Below, piece after piece: positions 54,059-64,000 of a stretch of DNA of 64,000 nt. The position numbers and the translations under genes were made by a program. The notes under the pieces are model-generated. The model was not told the origin of the DNA and searched no databases. It saw nothing but the letters and a program-made list of their open reading frames with translations. Numbering within the stretch: the stretch's first letter is position 1; the number at the start of each line of letters is the position of its first letter. Source of the DNA: Auanema rhodensis (Eukaryota > Animalia > Nematoda); contig OZ059894.1 of NCBI GenBank assembly GCA_964057225.1, forward strand, positions 5,952,001 through 6,016,000, read 5' to 3'.

Positions 54059-57020
54059 CTAAATATTATCAGAAATAACAGGAGATAACATTTCGGATTT
54101 TGTTGTTTCATCACTAAATGTAACTGTGATTTCTGGGGCAGTTTTAGCTTCAATTGTGAATGTTCTGAAAAATAAATAATAATCTAATATTATTTTACAA
54201 TATTTAATGTCTTTTTTAGTTTCAAAAAAGATAATATTTGAACATTTGATGATATTTTGTTCCGTTTTTGATTCAAACATTTCTATAGATTTCGGTTTAA
54301 AACTATTATAGTTAGAGATGACATAGAACGATTGTTTGAAACTCACGTTTGTTTTTTTCGCTTTTTCTCTGTTGGTAATCGTGGTAAATTGAAGTTTTCA
54401 AAGTCCCTAAATTTGTTTGTTCGATCACTATATTCAGAAGCACAACGATCTGATCTCTTTTGCATATATAGTGGTTTCAGAAGAACATCTGATGTACGAC
54501 TGAAATATTTATGTCATATTTCATGAAACTAAGATATATACATATATAGATATATATATATAGATATATATATATATAAATATAGATATATATGTATGTA
54601 TATGATAAGTTTAGGTTCTTCATGATGTTTTGCATAATACATACCTGATGTTACTTTTACGACTTCCATTTCGACTAACATCATTACATCCAGAGCTTAC
54701 TCTCATTGATGCTGTTCTTGACATTGCTTGATATTGGTTATAATCGGACATGGTAGCACAACATCCATTTCTGAAAGGACAATATTTCAAATTTCAACAA
54801 TCATTGTGATTCCTGTCATTTTGGAACTTTGCTCATCGCCATCATCTATTTTTAACTATTTTCTGTTGGATACGAACGCTTCATGTTTCTTTATATAGCT
54901 CAATAGTCAAAAATAGGACTGCTTAGCTTAGGATTCAGACATCAGAATATCAGACGAATGTCTTTTCAAATTATTTTACTTTTTAGTTTTTTGTTTGATG
55001 ACCTTTCACAATGGGACAAAATGAAATGTTTTTCTTTAAGCTCTTTTAACTTAAGACTTAACAAAAGCTATTCTTTTCAAAATTCAATTTTTGTATTTAC
55101 TACATAAGTAAAAATGACGTCAAACGATTGTTGATTATTTTCAGATCAGTAGCATTATTCAAACAAATTTTAAAATCCTCAAAAATCTTTTGAACAAAAA
55201 AATATTTCTAAAGTTTGAAATGCGATTCATATAGAACGAATTAAAACAAAATAAAACTACAATCAAATAAAATGATATACTTACTTCAGTATAAATGTTA
55301 ATGTTTGACGATATTTCTCAGAAAATGAGAAATAAACTATAAATGTTGTAGCGGAATTCAGCATGACTAACATATTAGCTAAATCATTGAATGTATATGC
55401 AAGTCCAGCTGTAGTCTGAAAAGAAAAGAAACAAAAAAGTGATGATGTAATATAGAAATTAAAATAATTACTTCATCAATAAATAAAGTTGGAACCAGAG
55501 ATTCAGCTATGTTGAGTAAGAAAGGCAATGTATTACAAATGGCAAAAACACAAGTTACAATCAGAAGCATTAATGTTGTCGATTGTTCACGTTGTTGCTA
55601 TAAAAGAAATTTCATTTATATAGCTAGATATAAATTACTATAAATAATTTTTTAAACAATAATATTATTTATTTCCCTCGAACACCTATATAGTGTTTAA
55701 AAATATTTTGTATCGTCCAGATCACTGATAAATTTTGGGTATCAGCTCAAGCTCGTTAAATGCTTGAAAATGCTGTTATAGTTTTATGATTTATTAACTC
55801 ACTTGTCTTGTTAACATCATCCTAGTACGACGACCTCTCCACATTGTAATGATGACATGGCCATTCAGAACAGCCAAAATAGTGAATGGAAGAGCAAAAT
55901 GTGTTAAAATATAAAGAATAGTATAATATCCCACATAATACCATCTGAAATAATAGAATATATTTATGAAAAAATACAAAATATTTGTTTATTTCTTCGT
56001 TTTTTTTTCAAATAAAATGCAATGCACTTTTGATTTTTTGTTGATGTATAAGGCAGGGAAAAAATGCAAAAAGATTTCACATACTTGTGTTTATCTGGGT
56101 CTCGAAGCCATTTTTCATAATAAGCAGCGCCTTTATCTTCTGGATCGGTTCTGAAAAAAATAAAACTTTTTTGCATAAAACTTTGAGAAATAAGCTTTTG
56201 AATATTTCAAATAAAAAACTTACAGTAATCGATATTCAAAGAATCGAATAAAGTTATAAGTAGTAGCATAAAGAAAAATAGCTACAATTGCTATTCTTGA
56301 TTTTTTCGGACTGAACCAAACTCGAACCTTAAACGTTGAAACATACAATAAGAAAAAATGTTTATTATAATTCAAATGATTACCTGTAAAGGTCTGCAAA
56401 CTGCTGTCCAACGTTCAAATGTTATCATCAGAACTGTATATACACTACATGTTTGCATTATAAGACTAACAGGATAGATGAATTTCAGTACATATGCAAG
56501 AAATGTTGTTGCTGTTCTTTCATCCCTGAAAAAATAAATAAATATGTTTTTTTGTCAAAAATAAAAGAAAATTTGTTAATAATACTTACATCATTCCTAA
56601 ATTTGGTATGACAAATGTTGGAATAGATAATAATAATAGAAAAAAATCAAGAAATGATAAAGCGCATAGAAGTACATTCACCTGAAATATAAAGATTTAT
56701 TAATATCAAACGATAAATTAGGCATGAATTACTGATGAAGTTCTCATATGTGGTCGACTGAAGAGTAGAAATGATAATGCATTTCCAAAACAACCAATCA
56801 AAACCAAAAACAGAGAAGCTAGAGCCATTGAACGTTGGGTGCTAAGCCATGATTCGTCGTCTAATTCATGCTTCAGGTAGATATCATCTGTATTATGTAG
56901 TGATGTTGTTTCATTGTCTGTTATCGTTCTAGCTGTTCTTATGATCGCTACTGTCGGAGTCACGAATTCGCTAAGAACCGTGCTGGTCATGTCGACCAGG
57001 CTGCCGGTTGTTAACTCCAT
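54059..57020 (-). CDS. FMRFamide-receptor-like neuropeptide GPCR (frpr family)
   Basis: Contains GCFGNALSFLLFSRPHMRTSSVNVLLCALSFLD, YPVSLIMQTCSVYTVLMITFERWTAVCRPL, YNFIRFFEY, LPFTILAVLNGHV, REQSTTLMLLIVTCVFAICNTLP and LNSATTFIVY, all typical frpr motifs. The C-terminal exons are less certain. Confidence 0.88.
54533..54602. repeat. (AT)n-rich intronic tract in the frpr-like gene
   Basis: Seen directly. Confidence 0.8.
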
Positions 57021-59433
57021 ATAATCCTAAAAAATGTGATATTATCAGAAAATTCAAAAATACAATGAAATAAGCTATTACAACTTTATGGAACAAAAAT
57101 TTAAGAATTGAAAATTTAAGAAAAAGTTAAGTAAAAGGTCTATTGATGAACATCTGTTCTCATTTGATTTATGATTTCATTTCGAGTGCACATACGAATG
57201 CATAAGAGATTTGTACAAGGAATCCTAAGAATAATTTGTCAAAAATGATTTTAAGTTTGATAAATTAATGATTTTTGAGGTTTTTACATTCAATTATTTC
57301 AAAACAAAAAAATTTTTTTCTGCAAGTCTCATCGTGGCAGCTTGAGGAGGCTGGCAATAGCTTATTGACATTACGAACATGTACACACAAGAATACAATT
57401 CAAAAGGTTCGTAAGTTGTACTTTTCTCAAACTGACACCTAATTTACAGAAAGTGGTGTTAGTTGATGGGATTAGTCGTTAAGCTGTGAAATTCATTGGA
57501 CTTTCTCCTGTCTTTATGTGGCGGTTGAGCTTAAACTGAGATTTCCAAGAAGAAAAATGGAGATCATCCACGTCCTCTTGCCGGAAGCAACTTGACAGAC
57601 ACTATGTCATGTCTTCAATATGAAGTTATTATGTCGTCTTTTGCTGTGTGCAGCTCTAACATATGATCTTTTATTCTTATATCCTATTATCTATGTAAGA
57701 ACAAAAAAACTCAGTTGATGACAAAGAATGAAAGTACATGATGAGTAGATATAGCGTTGTATACTTAACATCATATTTAAACCAGCTTTAAATAGTAGTT
57801 ATAGTTAAGTTCTAAAGTTAAAAAAGCTTAACATTCCAGCATAAAATATTCGTTTATCCCAAACACTTACTCAACAACATGTTCAGTATAAATGAATCAT
57901 CATACATAATTCCAAAAAGAATGTCATGTAAATACGATTTCTATGAACTTTGAAATAAAAGTTTTCAAAATCAGTACTTTGCAAATAATCTGGGAATTCG
58001 TTCAGTAAAACAATAATATGAATGTGAAACAAGAAAGATAAGTTACAATACAGAAATGACGTTTTCATATTTGGTTGTCCAAACTTGCAAACATGTAATT
58101 TTCATTTTTATTACATAGGAAAACTAAGAAGAATGGTTGTTTCATAATGAGAAAAATATTAAGAAACAGTAGTAAGTAGAGCAATGTTTAACGACTCCGG
58201 TATTTTTTGATTATTCAAGGTTTCTTGAAATATAGAATATAAATGGAATGAGATCAAAAACATGTTCGAGCAATTGAAGTCAAAATTCAAAATTTCATAA
58301 CTTGATTATAGTAATTGATTATAATGTATTAGCTGCTTAACTATGCTAACATCATGACATTGCAACAAAAAAATAAATAAATAATCAGTTTTGTTTACAA
58401 TTTAATCTCAATTCACATCTCATTGAGCAGCATTGTCTGATCACAAAGTTCGGATATACATACATATATATCACGTCTTGAAAAATAAAGCAAAACAAGC
58501 ACCAAGGAAAAAGGATGTGTAAAACTTGTGCCAAAAAAAAGAAGAAGAAGAAGAATAGAATTCAAGGCAAAGAATATTTTTTTCACCATAAAGCTCACAA
58601 AGTCAAGTTTGAGGCAATTCAGAAATGCATACCGATATTGATATATAAAAAATTCAAGGAAAATACATAATTCGTAAGATGATATCAATGAAAATGACAA
58701 AAATCATATTTGATTATTTCTAATTAACTAAATAGCTATTCATTCGGTCAATGAACAGTTGCAAATAATATGAATACAAACCATTTGAAACGGAGTGATG
58801 TTTCTATCATGCAGAAATTTGGAATAATTTTCTTCAGCGGTCAGAGTCTATAGTACAACTGCCCCCGCTGAGATTGTCTATTATGAGGGATACATACGTA
58901 TGTCTTGATAAAGAATATAGTTATATATTTAGCAATTCAATACTATATGTATAGTATTGAGTAGATATACTATCATGATATAAATATATGAAGAAGAATA
59001 TAAATGTTCATTAATTTATTAAACTGAAAATATTTGTATGATTGAGAAGTATGAATCTGGATTGAAAGTATTATGTCTGTAGATATTCAAATTATAGAAC
59101 TAGGCTATCATTATCAAGATACTTGAAGAGAAAAAAAGATTTTTAAACATTTAGTTAACTATATGTATAGTAAATCATGTATATATATATATACATATGT
59201 ATATATCTGCATCTTTGCTGATATCTAGTTGACAAGTTCTTTATGCCAATTTAGTAAATCCTCTATACTCGACGCATAAGAAGAGTTTGATGATAGGAAA
59301 AATACGAAGAAAAAAGAAGATTCAGTTTATGAAGACTTGAAAAAATCATAAGAAAACTACAGCAAAAGATGTTTATGTTGAGAAAAAGGCTGAAATAAAA
59401 TAACGAAAACTAATATTATTCTGTTAAAGCAAG

Positions 59434-59434
<1 letters not shown>

Positions 59435-59461
<27 letters not shown>
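59435..59461. repeat. (AT)n microsatellite
   Basis: Seen directly. Confidence 0.9.
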
Positions 59462-59464
<3 letters not shown>

Positions 59465-62226
59465 TATATACATGCTTTAAACTGATACTATTCGGCTTTA
59501 GTTGGGAAAATCGTTGAAGAAAATGTATAAATGTTCTTATTCAACACATATTTTACCAATTAAAATTGGTGAAACATTGAATAGGTAGAAAGAGACCATA
59601 AAAAACAATTGCTATAATATTGAAAGATTATAATAACTTAAATATTCTTTTTTTGTCTTTATCGTTTGTTATAATATATAAATATATTGGAAGATATTGG
59701 GGTATGTATGTATGTATGTATGTATGTGTCTTATACATAAAATCATACATATGCCTATGTAACTGAAAAAGAAAAGACGAAAGCATTTTTTTTTTGGTGA
59801 AATGAATTCATTTTTCACGTGGTCTTCTAGAGAAGATATGAAGGCGGGCATATAGACATCGAGAACTGGACAACATTGTACATGCGTGCGTGATCTGTCT
59901 ATGCTAATTTTACGTGAACTAACAATGATAGCTAATTATTTTAATCACATATTGAAAAAAGAACGGTTGTTTTTATAGAAATTATAAATTTCAAGAAATA
60001 TAAACGATTTTCAAAGAAGAAAAGAAAAATACTTTGAATATACTTTTTTTGCATCGAGATTTGATTGAGTTTTTTTTCTCTCTCTCTCTTTCGCACTTTT
60101 TTTTCTCTCCTCCTTTTTAAACATTTCAAAAATAAGCCAGAAGGGAATGATGTGCTCACAGTTAAAATGTGAAAAAAAAAACATTTGTGAAGAGATAAAA
60201 AATCTTAAACGAAATGATATAGTCTTCATCAAGAATCATCTTGTAGAGATAGATAACTAGTGTTTAGAGCTAATTTCAACATTTTTTGATGTTTTGTTTC
60301 TCTGTATGTATGAAACGTATGGTGTAACAACAAAAATGAACCATAAGAAAGACAAATACCCGATTACTGTTCAAGTTTTAAGTGAAAAAAACAACAATAT
60401 CAAGCATGTTTCATAACAAATTACGAACTTTTCGTAAAACATGACAGAGGAAGAAAACTATTGACAAATGGCATATAGCATCAGAAGAGAAAAAATGAAA
60501 ATAATGCCATTTGAGAGAGCCGACTGACATCAGATCGATAGATATATTCACAGATTCATAGATAAACCAAATAGGCTTATCATATTTTAAGAAATATTCA
60601 TTGAAGAGGCTATTCTGAAATAATAGTCTACAGGTTTATCTAGTGAACCGAACTTCATCGATGTACGGAATATATTACAAAGCACGTGGAAGGCATGACA
60701 ACGATGCTCTGTCTCGATAAAAGATGCTAATTCGCAAAATGGAACCGCTTAGTCATCACTCATTTGTTCTTCATTTTCGTCTCCTTTTTTTGAATTTTAT
60801 AAACTCTATTCATATGTTTCTTTCTTTTTCTCTTTCTCTCTTTATTTCTTTTATTCTTATGCTGCTTATGTCTTCTATCTTCAGTATCACCGAAGAATTC
60901 CCCAATCGAACAGTTGATTGATAGAAGTTTGGGCTTATGGACAGCTTTTCTGTAAGGACATGTCTCTTCATTTGACTTGAAACAACGAGCATGCCACGCT
61001 GAAAAGTGACTTTTCTCCAAAAAAAATTCAAAAAGATCCAGCAAAAAGACATTCCATTTATAGAAATTTCAAGAAGTAATTTGACATTATCTATGACATC
61101 AGTATATAACAACGATGTGAGTTAAAAATTTCAAAAATGGCACCATGACAATGATGTTACTGAAAGTGACAATGACAATGAAACCGAAACAGGATGATCC
61201 TCAAGCTTCTGTATACGTGTAGGTGTATATACACCTGAGTTGAACAACTTCATGTCAGCCCTTTACGAGGACAGTCCGATAGCACCTGAATTCAACAACT
61301 TCCTAGTATGAAAACAATGTTGAGAGCATAATGCTCCTTAAAATGAACTAGCATAACATGTGAACGCATGTGACAATATTTCGAAAACTCAAAATGAAAG
61401 TAAACATCATGTAATCTCTATGAAACGAATAAATTCTCGTGATTTTTGATCTATTTTTCACAGGTAATCAAGCTTTTGATGAATTTTCATTGGAACTTAC
61501 TTTGTATTTCTTTGATATTTCATAAAAAAGCTTGAGATACTAATTTCGAATAAAACGAATAAGGTGGTATATGAGAAAAGAGAGAGAAGAGAGGACAGAG
61601 CAAAATAAATTTAAGGAATAGAAAGCAGAAAGAAAGAAGAAAATTCTTTTCTTATCCTTATAAGGTCATTTACATCATCATTTACATCATTGAAATGAGT
61701 TCAGAATAATTGGAAATTGTCGGAAATACAGAAAAGACTTAAAGTCGAAGTAGCATGAAAGCCAGCAATGCTGTGGTCTTGCTGAAAGGTAAATGAATTT
61801 AAAATAGAAAGAATTAAAATGGGGGAAGAAGCATGTAAGAAGGAAGAAAAATTAGAATAACGAGAGAATAGAAAAATGATTAAAAGGGAAGGAGAACGAG
61901 AGAGAAAAAGAAAGAAAGAGAGAGAAAATAAATACGAGGAAGAGGGTGTGAAAAATGACGAAACTGAATGTATATTGTTAAGAGTTAAGACGTTCATGCA
62001 ATCCAACTAGTCCGGTTAGCTCAAGCAGCTCAGACGACAAAAAAGTCTTGTTAGACGTAAAGTTAAAAAAAGGGAAGCTTATTAAGATCCATATTTCTTA
62101 AAAGATAGTTTATAAAATATATTTACTATATATAGAAATAAAATGATGAATAGTCAATCTGAATGAATTATAATAAAAAAAGATTTCTTTAGAACTTAAG
62201 ATAATTGAGAGAGAGGATAACACAGA

Positions 62227-62228
<2 letters not shown>

Positions 62229-62266
<38 letters not shown>
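62229..62266. repeat. (AG)n microsatellite
   Basis: Seen directly. Confidence 0.95.
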
Positions 62267-62269
<3 letters not shown>

Positions 62270-64000
62270 GGAAGAATCGTATGAAAGAGAGGGGGGGAAT
62301 AAATCAGGTCGTGAGAATATTTCTTTGATTTAGTGAGGTTGGAAACAAAAAAGGGATTTTAGAACGCTCTATCGTCTGAATCAAGAATCACAGGAGCTGA
62401 ATGTAACAAAAAAAGTAGAGAAGAGATATATCGGATGCACTTGAGGGATTGCAGATATCCCCACAGAATTATTGAACATTCTGATCTTTAACGTGAATTT
62501 TTTTCTCAAACTACTTTGTGTTGCAAAAAAAAGAACAGATATCAAATAAAAAAATTAGAATTTTGTCATTTTTTCCAAACCATTTAGCTTCATGTGAGTA
62601 AATTCGACTGTCACGCAATATTTCCTTCACTTGCTTCAGAAGACAGGAAACTGGACTTTTTGATCCAATAATTTTAAATTGATCAAACAAAAAAAAAAGA
62701 TTCTTTTTCGTTTGAAACGAGAAAAACATCGTTCAGTTGAAATTTTGAGATTTCAAATAATAAAGTATTTTATATTTGAAAAACACTTATTCACCATCTG
62801 AAAATTCTCTAAGACATGTATCTAATCATGTTATACTTATATTGACTATATGTTTTCTAATGTATTTGTGTTAAAGAGATACAATTGAAAAAGTGTAAAG
62901 TAATACTTTTTCATCTTGAAACTTAGAATAAAGTACATCCAAAATGACTAGATAGAAGCAATTAATTTGATGATGGGGGTTGCAACATCACGATGTGTAT
63001 AGCTCACTTAAAAGTATGTAAATGTAAGTTTTTGATGTGAATAGTACGAGCTGAGACGACTGAAATGTACTTAAAAGTTTATAAATTAGAAAATAAACAA
63101 AACAATTCATAATTGGGTTTTAAAAAAATTGATGAAAAGCTGATTGATTTTTGGAAATCTTGAAAACAGTCTAATGATGAAGTATATATACATACATGTT
63201 AGCTCTTCCTTTTATTTTATATTTTACTCAGCGTCATTCTTCAGTTCCCCATGGCTTTCTTGGAACTATAGCTTGAATCATATCTCTTAACCAATTAGTC
63301 TTCCATTGACATCTTTCAGCTTGATATAATGCTGAATAGAATTCAGATGACACTCACATACATACAAACAAGCACTATCATCATCATCACTTAACCCTAG
63401 TCTCATCATTTTAGTCATGATGACGCAAACGAATAGGTCACTTAAAACACCTACAATTCATACAAATTACCCAATTATTTGTTTATACTAAATAAACCTC
63501 ACGTTCTCGAATGATCAAGCTGCAATCTTAAAGCTAATTGGCAGCATTTGGCCTTTACAGTTGATTACTCAGTACCTCGTCACATTCAGAGTTTCTCTCA
63601 CACACACAAGAATCCAATGATCATGTTCTCGTCCACTTCAAAAATCAACAAAAATGGGAAAACTAATTTATAAAAAAGAAAAACAAAGTTTATTCTTTTC
63701 AATTAAAAATTATAGGGCAACTATTAGAAATGAATTTAGTATTATTACTTGTATGATTATATTTATCGTAGTTATTACTTTGATTTTAACACGAAGATCA
63801 TAATGTTCTTACAGCCATTTTATTTAAAAAAAGTAAAATATATCTAAAATGTTTGAAAGATACAAATATTTATGTTTAGAATAAAAGATAAAAAAGAGAA
63901 TATTAATTCATAGTTAGAAAAAACAAATAAGCAATTCAACTTTAGCTTTTCATTAAACATATCCGAATTATAAACTATATGAATGTATGAATATTAAAAA

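Noticed and set aside
740-56723. Scattered TTAGGC hexamers as telomeric or DNA-elimination signals
   Set aside because: Only isolated single copies. I can support no tandem array or breakage motif.
61232-61302. CRISPR-like repeat-spacer unit
   Set aside because: Only two imperfect 20-nt copies, in a eukaryotic context with no cas genes.

Overview
AT-rich (roughly 70% A+T by eye) eukaryotic DNA from a nematode, probably a rhabditid. The evidence is TTTCAG/TTTTAG splice acceptors, very short introns (many about 40-55 nt), and acceptors lying immediately before start codons, as expected for SL trans-splicing. Manual exon joining gives about 11 genes. In order they are: a possible gene start at the left edge; a GPI-anchored Ly6/three-finger protein (-); the claudin-like hpo-30 (-); a focadhesin-like protein (-), head-to-head with an intronless CREBZF-like bZIP gene (+); an unannotated small coiled-coil gene needing 26-32 nt introns (+); SRP14 (+); tandem nicotinic receptor alpha subunits acr-16 and acr-15 (-); an orphan class A GPCR (+); the sperm presenilin spe-4 (-); and an FMRFamide-receptor-like GPCR (-). 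Most entries in the ORF track are spurious or are exon fragments. No prokaryotic systems, CRISPR arrays, rRNA, tRNA or intact transposons were seen. The most interesting signals are regulatory: a 3'UTR element shared by acr-15 and acr-16, a two-uORF leader on acr-16, a structured bZIP 3'UTR, a GC motif shared by two promoters, strand-oriented (AG)n tracts, and a Ly6 + hpo-30 + nAChR neighbourhood. Orthology calls rest on recalled C. elegans and human protein sequences, not on database searches.
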